Shown: positions 50,387-61,118 of the stretch, in pieces | Position numbering within the stretch: the stretch's first letter is position 1 | Layout: every line of letters starts with the position of its first letter | Assembly (NCBI RefSeq): GCF_035594765.1 | Contig: NC_085846.1 | Location: forward strand, 54,671,190 to 54,735,189 | Origin: Anolis carolinensis | Taxonomy: Eukaryota | Reading direction: 5' to 3' | DNA: 64,000 nucleotides | Made by a program: the position numbers and the translations under genes | Notes under the pieces: generated by a model | Database searches by the model: none | Told to the model about the DNA's origin: nothing | What the model saw: only the letters and a program-made list of their open reading frames with translations

Positions 50387-50434
<48 letters not shown>

Positions 50435-50475
50435 ACTATAGTCTCAATTCGCTTCTGACATGATAAATAAATAAA
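48800..50475 (+). mobile_element. Vingi/Ingi-type LINE, 5'-truncated and degenerate
   Basis: LPQGSVLAPSVFNIYTNDQP, FIYAED (YADD), TPKYLGVTLDR and a C-terminal C.C...QTTDHLLQC. 3' end CGCTTCTGACATGA(TAAA)n, with (TA)n at about 50388-50431. Confidence 0.85.
49542..50009 (+). mobile_element. Full-length tRNA-derived SINE with L2-type tail, inserted in Vingi
   Basis: A box TGGCGCAGGCTG, B box GTTCGAGGCC, L2-like stem-loop tail and (TAAA)n, with ATATTTG on both flanks. Confidence 0.88.
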
Positions 50476-50634
50476 TTGGTGTAGATAACCTCTGTTTCCT
50501 CAGATTTGAAAGTAAATCCTTGTTCAGAGTGATTTTTGTTATGGGCAGCTAAGACTCTTTTCCTATATAGGTGCATTCTTTTGAGGATTCCCTGGTATAA
50601 CTGATCCTCCAGACTTTAATGCTCATGCTTGATA

Positions 50635-50978
50635 CAGGAGAGTCTCGCTTATCCAACCTTCACTTATCCAATGTTCTGCATTATCAAACGCAATCTGCTT
50701 TTTAGTGGTCAATGTTTTTGTATTCAATTTTTTCAATACATTGCAATGTTTTGGTGCTAAATTCATAAGTACAGTAATTACTACATTACGTTACCGTGTA
50801 TTGAACTGCTTTTTCTGTCAGTTTGTTGTAAAACATGACATTTTGGTGCTTAATTTGTAAAACCATAACCTAATTTGATGTTTAATAAGCTTTTCCTTAA
50901 TCCCTCCTTATTATCCAACATTTTTGCTTATCCAACGTGCTGCTGGCCCGTTTATGTTGGATGAGTGAGACTCTACTG
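50635..50978. mobile_element. Tigger-like MITE (family of 44595)
   Basis: TIRs, TA TSD and homologous interior. Confidence 0.9.
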
Positions 50979-52994
50979 TACATACTGCCAGTATGTTATA
51001 TCAATCTCTCTGTGTTGTTGTGGGATTTTTTTTAATTCAAAGATAAGTGCGTGGGGCAAGTTGTATTAGGACCACAATGTGCAGGAAAGACTAGCCATCA
51101 CTATCCTTGACATTCCTTTTCCCTTCTCAATGGTTAGCAATAACCATTAACCAGAATAAAAATCCATTTGAATTTTATCTTTAACAAGAGAGTTTAAATC
51201 ATAGGCATGAATGATTTAAACTCTTATTTAAGCGTGAATAAAGACAACATTTGTATGCCTTTTTAAGGATAATCAAATTTTGCTCTAAGGTACATAATGG
51301 GTTTTTGGAGAACAGGCCAACCTTCTATGTTAACTGTGCCAATGCTCAGTTCCAACCCAAAAATGTCTAGACTATTATCCATTCATTTGCCATTCCTGCC
51401 ATCTGATGTAATCCCAATATTTAAATTTGGGAAGGGTGTAATTAATCACAACTACTCGATCAGGGAGTCTTAAAATATCTGTTCAGACATGCACACACAT
51501 GGAAAGTCGTGTTATGACATATATCTTACACAGTGATCTTAACAGGGTTAACAACTTACACAATTAGTTGCTAAAATCATAAAATATTAGTATTGAAGAA
51601 AAAAACGAATACTGTCTTTCAACAATTCCCAGAGGAGCAGTTATGTGTTAGTAAAAATGACAAGAAATAATCTAGCACTTTAGAGATGAACAAATTTGGG
51701 GGGGGGGGGGGAACTTGATCATACCATATGATATCACAAATGCAAGAAATATGAATCCTCAAGGAACGTTAAGTCTACACAAACCATCACTAAATATCTT
51801 AAATCAAAATAGTGTGAGGTTCATTTTGTGGGGGAGACTATGCAAAAACACCTTCAAGTGAAAAAGACTAAAGTGAAATAGAATAATGTAACATCATTCC
51901 ACATGCTTATTTTTAGAACTATATATTTATTATGTTTGTACTTCTGTATTATTTCTAATATGGTAAGTGAAAGTTTTATAGTGTAATGCAAAGAAAGCTA
52001 TAATTGAGTTGTATGAGATGCAGTTACTATAATTATAATATTGTTATAATTAGACTGTAATTATAACAATTATATTTTAATATTCAAGTTTGATTTATGA
52101 AACCATCAGAGACTAGGTTTCAATTAAAGGAGACATCAGTTAGACACTTGGGAATGAATGCTGCATTTAGGCAGTCATTTAAATACCACAGCAATCAACA
52201 CCACCCATGTTTTCAGCAGCTGTGACTAAGGCAAGAAAGTAATTTTTTAATGGAAGCATACATTCTTATCTCTAAATAATCAAAAAGAAGTGACAGAATT
52301 TCTTAGCATACCTCATAAATGCTTAAAAAAATCTCCTCTTTCTTATCAACCCCTCCTTGTTTTGTCCCGGGGAGACATTATTAGGATGTGTGCTTACAAA
52401 AATTGAAAATTGGAATAAATATCCATGCCTAAATTTCACAGGGACAAAATATAAACTATGTGTAAGAGTGAAGGTCTCAGGGGGATTCTACAGTGTAGAT
52501 GCACTCTGGTTATCAATTAAAATAATTCTTGGTTCTTTTACAGACAACCTGTCTAGACATCTATTCCCTCCTATGTATGTCCATGACATATACATTTAAA
52601 TCACTGAACAGTGTTCTGAATACCACATTTCCTTTGAAAAGTAGATTCCCTTCACCCAGCATGTATTCTTCCAGCTGTGAATGAATGTACCCTTTCTCTC
52701 AGGCTCATCCAACCAGTATGACCAGTGGCCATGCTGCCCTGGAGTGTGGTTTCCCGAAATTTGTTTGTATATATTGAAACATATTATCATATTGCACCCA
52801 AGTTGTTTAAGGTTACAGTTAACATTTTAGGACTACATTCCTTCAAGAAAGTCAACATGACAGACCTTTCTTTGCCTTTTAAGATACCTCATTCAATTCA
52901 ACAAGAAATATCCACAGCTCAGTAGTAGAACATATGCTTTGTATGCAAGTTCAGTCCCTGACTTTCTAGTTCAAAGATGTAAGTAACTAGCAAC

Positions 52995-53710
52995 AAGAGC
53001 CGTTCTTAGGTAATTTTCATGAGTAGGCAATAAGAATTTTGGCACCCCCCCCCGAATGTTGGTGCCCTCTCCCCCGAATTCCCCCCCCCAAAAAAAAACC
53101 ACGGGGGGACTGAGCAGCAGGGAGGGGAGGATCAGGGCCTTCCGGGGCTTCCACTCCTGGGAACTGGGATCCCCGCAGATTTACAGCGAGGCGCAGCACT
53201 TGGCGCTGGACGAGCTGATCGCGGGCGGGCAGGCGGCTTTCCAGGCTTTCCTGCGGAGGCAGAAGCGGATGCCGCTTCTCTTCTCTGCAAAGCATCAAGG
53301 AACATCTTCCTTCTCGCCAGGAAGGTGTTCCTGGGTGCTTTGCAGAGGAGTGAAGCGGCACCCGCTTCTCTTCTCTACAAAGTGCCTAGGAACAGCTTCC
53401 TTCTTGCCGGGAAGGTGTTCCTGGGTGCTTTGCAGAGGAGAGACGAGGTGATCGCTTCTCTTCTCTGCAAAGTGCCAAGGAACGACTTCCTTCTTGCTGG
53501 GAAGGCATTCCTGGGCACTTTGCAGAGGAGAGAAGCGGCGCCTGCTTCTCTTCTCTGCCAAGCGCCAAGGAACACCTTCCTTCTTGCCGAGAAGGCATTC
53601 CTGGGTGCTTTGCAGAGGATAGGAGCCATGGGGGCAGTCCTCAATGGCACCCCCTACAAGATGGCTCCATACACCAGTGCCTAGTTGGCCTGGTGGTTGA
53701 ACCGCCTCTG
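52995..53710. mobile_element. hAT-like non-autonomous element carrying a minisatellite
   Basis: Flanks CTAGCAAC / CTAGCAAT (8-bp TSD, one mismatch), ends AAGAGCCGTTC / GAACCGCCTCTG, GC-rich interior. Confidence 0.7.
53264..53620. repeat. 90-bp palindromic minisatellite, ~4 units
   Basis: GCTTCTCTTCTCT recurs at 53274, 53364, 53454 and 53544. Each unit is self-complementary. Confidence 0.92.
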
Positions 53711-53717
53711 CTAGCAA

Positions 53718-54517
53718 TGTAAAACACCTCTTGCAAGACTCGTGCCCTTTCTACACTGCCATATTGTTGTGACTCAGCAGTAGTTCCAGGATGAAGATGA
53801 GGAAGGGGATTTTTGATTACAGATGCAGATGTCAGATGATGGGATTCATGATGAGTTTCAGGATGATGGTGTGGGGAATTATGGAATTCAGACACAGGCT
53901 GGCTCAGAAGTGTAGCCTGTTGATGAGTTCCAGATGCAGCCTGTCACGGATGAGAACCAAGGAAATATTCCCATGGGAAATAATGAGCTTGATCTGTCTC
54001 AGGCTCAGGTTCAGGTGCAAGATAATGGTAATGAGGAGTTTTGCCTTGATGGGCAGGGCGAGTCTGAAGGCCCATTGCTCTCTCGGGCTGGTTTACAATG
54101 GAAAGGAATGCCATGGAGAAGTCTTAGATTATCTGGGAAAAGGGAGGCCAGTGAAGGGAAAAATAATGCATTTTGGTTGCTTTTAAAACAGTGTGTTGAA
54201 GGGCAAATCTTTGTCAAAACAAATTCTTGCTTCATCTGGGTGGATGGTCTATGTCTTCATGCTACTTCTGCTTTGGATATACACTTGTTCTTGAATCCTT
54301 GTAACCTTTGGATTTGTGTATCTTTGGGAATGGACTACTGCTTCTTGTCTATGGATTATTCGATTTACTGACTCTATTTTGCAACTACCTTTGGAACTAT
54401 ATTTCTGCCTGCTTTGATATTATATATATTCTGCTTTTGCTCAATAAAATTACAAAAGACTATCTACTGTGTGCTGCCTGGTGTCTACAGCAAGGTGAAC
54501 TAGTCTGAGGTGCGACA
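53718..54517 (+). mobile_element. Solo LTR (Gypsy-like)
   Basis: TGTAAAACACCTC...GAGGTGCGACA termini and AATAAA at 54443-54448. Layout resembles the 28577 LTR. TSD not clean. Confidence 0.65.
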
Positions 54518-54579
54518 CATATAATTCACATTATCAAAGCAGATAATCTATATTTTCTGCTTTAAACTGGATTATATGA

Positions 54580-54757
54580 GGCCCCTTCTACATTACCGCA
54601 TAAAATCCAGATTATATGTTTTGAATTGGATCATCTGGCCACTCAGACACAAATAATCAAGTTCAAAGCAGATAATGTGGATTATCTGCTTTGATAATTC
54701 ATATAATTCAGGTTAAAGCAGATAATCTGGATTTTATATGGCCGTATAGAAGGGGCT
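54580..54757. mobile_element. PIF/Harbinger-like MITE
   Basis: GGCCCCTTCTACA / TATAGAAGGGGC termini with internal AAAGCAGATAAT repeats. A partial copy lies at 54520-54579. Confidence 0.7.
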
Positions 54758-56065
54758 AGAGTAGATACTGCTGGGACAGATCAGTCAGTTTTAGGACTTT
54801 ATCACACCCAATAAAATCAGATTTTCTACACATTTAAGAAATGGCTACAGATGAAGCCCATCACATTGGAAATCGACATCTTTTTTAATTCCCCACATAG
54901 AGACATGTAAAAATGTGAAATTTAACATGTGTTGGGAATTCCCCATTGTCAACTTGTAAAGATAATGATGACGTCATTCTGGAGGGAGGAGCTGAGATGG
55001 GCTGTATAGAATCATTACTTCCACCATAATATTTAGAACCGAGGAGGAAGTCATGGTAATTTATATCTTTTTTTTTTAACAATGGCTAATGTTCCTTCAA
55101 GTGGCGTAGCTTCCATTGGAATAAGTGTTTAAAAAAGGTGTCTTAACTCTGCTTCCGTGGAAAGGTCTTTAGGACAAACAACCCCAGGGAAAGTAGTGTC
55201 TCAAAATGGATGCCTGTTTTAAAAAGTGTGCTAGAAGGAGACATTGCCTGCCCGTGTGATGGGATTTAAGTGGATGGTTGAGTTAGAAGACAGAGGAGGT
55301 ACTCTTGTGTGATGGGGGTGAGCAAATTCTTCATCTTGTTAAAAGACAGAACTCCCTGAAACAGCATGAAACTCCAAAGAAGACAATCCCCCCCCCCACA
55401 CACACACACACACACTTTTCTTCATTTTCACCAGCTCTGTCTGATGAAATCCTTAAATGTTCAACTCAGGTAGCAGATCTGTTCTCATCTTCCTTTATGT
55501 ATTTCTGCTTCCTCTTTCTGATCATTGAATTTTGCTCTTTTTACCTAACTGAATGGAGCAAAACACATCATGCACAAGCGGAGCCCCAGTTACTTGGATT
55601 ACTCCCTTAGTGTGATCCACCAACATCCATTTCATTGAAAAATTCTGGGAAATGACTGTATCTTCCAGAAATTCCAGAGCTCTGGGATGCCATGCCATGT
55701 AAGACCCAATCCATCCACCAATCTCATGTCCAAATTTTACAGCAAAATCTAAAATACTGCTTGAGAAGCTGATTTATATCACTTGATGTGCTGTGCAAAG
55801 GCATAAGGAAGAAAGCTCTTAGCAAAGTGGTGAGTTAACTCTGTATTCACTGGAGGGTGCTTGCAAAGTTTGCCAATCCTGCGACAAATTGAGCAGTATT
55901 GTTTTCTGAATAAGAAGACTGAGGTTATGGAAATGAATGCGAAACATTAGTAGAGTTAAAAGTAATTGAAGGGCAAAGCTTAACAGAGATACTACTGTGC
56001 CAACATGGTGTTAAATGGAAAAGGGTAGTAAAGAAAAGATACCTGAAAGCAACAGCTTGTGTGTT

Positions 56066-56230
56066 CATTGTTGCTATGTGCCTTCAAGTTGAATCTGACT
56101 AATAGCAATACTATTTTGGCAAGATTTATTCAGAGGTTTGTCACTGCCTTCATCTAAAGCTGAAGAAAATATACTTGTCCAGTGGGTTTCCATGAGTGAA
56201 TGGGATCCAGATTGTGGTTCCTTGGAGTCA
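56066..56230 (-). mobile_element. Old SINE remnant
   Basis: TTGTTG..GTGCCTTCAAGT..TTGGCAAGATTTATTCAGAGG..CCAGTGGGTTTCCATG, the same family as 6068. Confidence 0.6.
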
Positions 56231-57269
56231 TGGAAAAATCAGTACAGTTTGACATCACTTTAACTGCCGTGGCTCAGTGCTATGGAATCCATATGGAATC
56301 CACAACTGCTTTTTAACATTAACTTAGGACCTCATCCCATGAGGGGGGGAAAGTGGATTAAATCATCTTCTTACTGTAGCGTTCTGTTCCATTTTTAATG
56401 AAAAAGGACAATATATTCACTCCCATCACATGCAATGTACTTTTGTTCATTTCTACAGTAATCCTCCACGTTCTGAGCTATCACAGAGGTATAGTCTCCA
56501 CCCATACCACTTTCTGAATTGCAGAAGTCCAAAATCTAGGTCTAAAAAGGGGGGAAACATAGCAAAAGCTAAGTGGCGATATATCAAAATTGTACAATTG
56601 TTGACAAATAGATTAATTTCAAAAATACCAGAAAAGAATCATGCAAGAGGATTACTGGTGAGAAAAGGAGCATTGATGCTCATTTGGAAACCACCCACAG
56701 AAACGCCCACTCTTCAATGACACTAAAGTGATCAAAAACAGGCAAATCTGACAGATCCTATCACATGTTAAATTAAGCATTTTCTGCCATTTCGATGCAA
56801 ATCAGACACTCTTAAAACAATTTATCCCTGACTCCATAATTCTCCATTTCTACACACATTTGAAAATGTTTACAGATGGAGTCCCATGGGTGACCAGCAG
56901 AAATAGTCTTACATTATATGATGGGCTCCTTGGGACTTTATAAACTGTTTCAGAAGTGTGTAGAAAAGGGGGAACCCTGTGCCTGATGCAGGCCATATTG
57001 TCTAAAAGACATGTTGTGATATTTGTTAGTCTATTTTATAACAGGTGTAGCAAATGATCTAACAAAAATGTGTGTTCTTTCTTGCGTTAGGCCAAAACAT
57101 ATTACTGCTGAAGCACAAGAGCAAATGGCATCTTTCCACAGATATACACCACATCGCTACTTAAATCAAGGTACATAGTAAACAACTAATATTTGTTGCC
57201 TTTCCATGACACACAAAATCCGAGGAGCTGCTTTCTTCTTTCTAACAGCAAGTATGGCCTTGAGTGCAT

Positions 57270-57597
57270 AAGTTGAGTATCCTTTCTCAGGACCTAGAAG
57301 TGCTTTGGATTTTTTTTTTCAGATTTTGGAAGGGCCTGTATTGGTACATAATGAAATATCTCAGCGACGGGGCTCAAGTCTAAAAATGAAATAAAAATAT
57401 GTTTCATATATACCTTATACATGTAGCTTGTAGGTAATTTTATAGATAGTATTTATAATTATTTTGGGTAAGAAACAAAGTTTGTGTACAGAAACTTAAT
57501 CAGAAATCAAAGTATGATTGTCTCACCCACCCAAGTGGACAATTTTGCATGGAGTATTTTAGATTTCAGGATTCTGTATAAGGGATGATCATCCTGT
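57270..57597. mobile_element. Tigger-like MITE
   Basis: AGTTGAGTATCCTTT / AAGGGATGATCATCCTG-TA ends; homologous to 14349-14545. Confidence 0.65.
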
Positions 57598-57616
57598 ACT
57601 GTATAATTTAATATAT

Positions 57617-57855
57617 AGTGCAACACCCTTATCTATATACTCAGTACCCACAGTTTCATTTACCCACACCAGAATATATCACACCACCAGCACAAAAAGG
57701 GTTTGTGTGCCTCTCTGGATCCTCCAGTGTAATGTTATTATATGCTTCCAGTCCAACTATAGTCAAAACCGAGGGTTCACTATTATCCATGGCTTCAGGT
57801 AACCACAAGGGGTGTACTTAGAACATATTCCCAGATAATATGAGGAGTTGTACTG
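57617..57855. mobile_element. Old Tigger-like MITE
   Basis: AGTGCAACACCCTTAT / ATGAGGAGTTGTACTG-TA imperfect TIRs. Confidence 0.5.
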
Positions 57856-57945
57856 TATTGAAACAGATAGACATAAGCAACTTTATAAAATACAAATAGT
57901 GAAATAATAATAATAATAATAAATATTAATAATAATATTATAAAT

Positions 57946-58843
57946 AAACCAGTACAAGAAAACCGCACTACAAACTAGACCTGACAGCTGGCACAACAAA
58001 ACATTGCATGGAAAGTTCCTCGACAAAATTGAAGGAAAAGCGGATAAGGAGAAGACCTGGCTCTGGCTCACGAATGGGACACTGAAGAAGGAGACCGAAG
58101 GCCTGATCCTTGCAGTCCAGGAGCAAGCCATCAGAACAAAGGCAATTAAGGCCAAGATCGAAAAATCAGCTGATGACCCAAAATGCAGACTCTGCAAGGA
58201 AACCGACGAAACCATTGATCATATCCTCAGCTGCTGTAAGAAAATTGCACAGACAGACTACAAACAGAGGTACAACTATGTGGCCCAAATGATTCATTGG
58301 AACTTATGCCTCAAGTACCACCTCCAAGCAGTAAAGAACTGGTGGGATCACAAACCTGCAAAGGTCGTTGAAAATGAACACACAAAGATACTGTGGGACT
58401 TCCAAATCCAGACTGACAAAGTTCTGGAACACAACACACCAGACATCACAGTTGTGGAAAAGAAAAAGGTTTGGATCATTGATGTCACCATCCCAGGTGA
58501 CAGTCGCATTGACGAAAAACAACAGGAAAAACTCAGCCGCTATCAGGACCTCAAGATTGGACTTCAAAGACTCTGGCAGAAACCAGTGCAAGTGGTCCCA
58601 GTAGTGATGGGCACACTGGGTGCCATGCCAAAAGATCTCAGCCGGCATTTGGAAACAATAGATATTGACAAAATTATGATCTGTCAACTGCAAAAGGCCA
58701 CCCTACTGGGATCTGCACGCATCATCCGAAAATACATCACAAAGTCCTAGACACTTGGGAAGTGTTCGACTTGTGATTTTGTGATACGAAATCCAGCATA
58801 TCTATCTTGTTTGCTGTGTCATACAATAAAATAATAATAATAA
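57946..58843 (+). mobile_element. R4/Dong-clade non-LTR retrotransposon, 5'-truncated, in (TAA)n
   Basis: C-terminal ORF with CCHC knuckle and restriction-like endonuclease, a short 3' UTR and TAA repeats on both sides. Confidence 0.92.
58004..58750 (+). pseudogene. R4/Dong ORF C-terminal fragment (zinc knuckle + PD-(D/E)xK endonuclease)
   Basis: CRLCKETDETIDHILSCC, RYNYVA (RHN-like), LWDF, PDI..IIDVTIPGD..EK..RYQDL and G.LG motifs. The RT domain is absent. Confidence 0.9.
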
Positions 58844-58901
58844 TTATTATTTATATCCTGCTTTTTCTCTCCACAAGGAAATTCAAATAAAAGACAAATA
58901 T

Positions 58902-59235
58902 GTGCCCCTGGTGGCACAGCGGATTAAACCACTGTGCTGCTGAATTTGCTGACCAAAAGGTCACTGGTTCAAATCCGGGGAGCGGGGTGAGCCCCCCCCC
59001 CCACTGTTTGCCCCAGCTTCTGCCAACCTAGTAGTTTGAAAACATGCAAATGTGAGTAGATCAATAGGTACTGCTCTGGTAGGAAAGTAACAGCGTTCCA
59101 TGCAGACATGCTCGCCACATTACCTTGGAGGTGTCTATGGATAACACCTGCTCTTTGGCTTAGAAATGGAGATGAGAACCAACTCCTAGAGTTGGACACG
59201 ACTAGACTTAATGTTAGGGGAAAACCTTTACCTTA
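58902..59235 (+). mobile_element. Sauria SINE
   Basis: tRNA-like head (GGTTCAAATCC), GTGAGTAGATCAATAGGTAC core, BovB-like AGAGTTGGACACGACT and an (ACCTTT)n tail. Confidence 0.9.
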
Positions 59236-60984
59236 TGATGATTATTTTCTATATTTTCATAGTATGGACAAGGACTTAGGTTTAGGTTTGGGTAAACATA
59301 CATTACAATGTTATTCAGAAGCAAAACAGACTTTAGATCTACACAACCAAACCATTGTGGGAATACTGCATAGAAAATGGATTCCTGGTTTTCTATAATC
59401 AGGTTTTATGAATTACATTGCACTAGCATTCTCTTATGCTGCTATACTACTACAATGTGCCTTACTGTTTCTGTTACAAATAAGTCATTGTGCTATGAAT
59501 CCTTTTTCTATCAAAAGCTGGTGTTCTCAATCCATATTACAAAATTATTATTGCTTGTTTCCTTAGACCAATGCTAAGTAAGTAACCTGGGTGACTGTGA
59601 GACAATAGAATGGTTTAAAGCAGAAGTTCCCAAACGTATTTGGCCTACTGCCTGTTTTTCACACACACACAAAAACCCCTACTCAGCACAAACACCTTTC
59701 CCAGAAATTTACCTTCTTTAAGCAAACAAGTAAAAAGATACAGTGACAAATTTGCATTCTTTTATGTATCTAGATTTCTACTCACATCCTGCAACATAGT
59801 AACAACAGATGTTGTTGTAAATAAGGCACAGTAAAGACTGAAATTATTAAATTGTTTATTAAAAACAACCATAGTAATGTTCACAATTTATGTGAAAATT
59901 AGCATAATGAAGGATAATATTAAAATAAAAATTATGAATATCATTAAAAATAATCCTAATGACAAAGATGAACCAGGTGTGCTTCTATCATTTTATTAAT
60001 ATTCTGCTCTATTTTTGTCAGCAGCAGTCTTTTATCACTACAATTTGCTTTTTTAGTTAACTTTTTTTACTTAACCAATTTATGACTGCACTGAACCTGC
60101 ATGCCACTAAATATGATGAAAAATGCACAAAAACATTTGTACTATAGTCCGTAATCTGGGATAAAATGTAGATATTTGCTTTTGCAGCCAGAACTGTTGG
60201 TATGTATCTTTGAATTTAAATTACAGCTCGCCATTTGTTGTTACTTTTATCAATTCTTCTATGTTTGTTCTTAAAATAGGCTCCTAAACCCTATCAGGTT
60301 TGTTCATTTTTAAGAATTTTAAGACATTTTGTTTTGCCACAAATGTGGAAATAACAGTTTTTATTTTGATTAAATTCAGCCCATTGCCTTGGAGCTGTAG
60401 CTTTCTTATGTGATTTAAACTCCTCAAGAACCATGGGTTCTGGTGCCTGGTGTGAAGATCCAAAGAACCAAATAAGACATAGGCAAAGAAGCATTTATTA
60501 AGCTTGTCCAAAACAGATGTCAGCAGAATATGTGTTCAAAAAACTGACATAAATGCAATTGTGAACATACAGGTTTATTTATAGCATTTTGACAGCTATA
60601 CGAAACAAAGAGATTTTGCCACTCTGGCTGTTAATTCGTCCAGACCTATGATCCAGGCTGCAATCCTCACACCATCCATCATTGCTGTTGACTTGCAGGC
60701 TGGGACAAAGTTAATGGGATTGATGGCTCTGTTTTTGCCTGTCTGGAACATGACAATGGGTTTTCACTGGTCATACAATGGGTGTCACGGGTGTTGGTAC
60801 AGCTTCAATGGAGACCCCAAGGAGGGGCTCTGATCTGGTGATCGGGTTGAGGAAGTGTTCCCAGGGATAGATAAAATCCAGGAAAAAAGCCGTGTGGCTC
60901 TTCTTAATTCCATTATGGAACTCTTAGGATATTATGAGGGGATTATGTCTTTTCCTAGATCAACTGATAGGATAGTCCCTAGGG

Positions 60985-61118
60985 CAATGGTTCTCAAACT
61001 GTGGATCCCCAAGTTTTTTGCCTACAGCTCTCAGAAATCCCAGCCAATTTACCAGCATTTAGGATTTCTGGGAGTTGAAGGCCAAAACATCTGGGCACCC
61101 ACAGGTTGAGAATCACTG
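60985..61118. mobile_element. hAT palindromic MITE (family of 36436)
   Basis: TIRs and TSD CCCTAGGG / CCCTAGGT. Confidence 0.9.

Noticed and set aside
52915-52965. tRNA gene (GCTCAGTAGTAGAACAT...GTTCAGTCCC)
   Set aside because: It is internally deleted and cannot form a cloverleaf, so it is most likely a decayed tRNA-derived SINE head. The heads of the other SINEs are not tRNA genes either.
53264-53620. CRISPR-like array or repetitive protein gene
   Set aside because: There are no unique spacers and no cas genes, and the context is eukaryotic. The ORFs arise from a GC-rich 90-bp period.
60620-60900. Possible terminal coding exon on the minus strand
   Set aside because: All three frames give short unrecognised peptides and there is no clear acceptor upstream.
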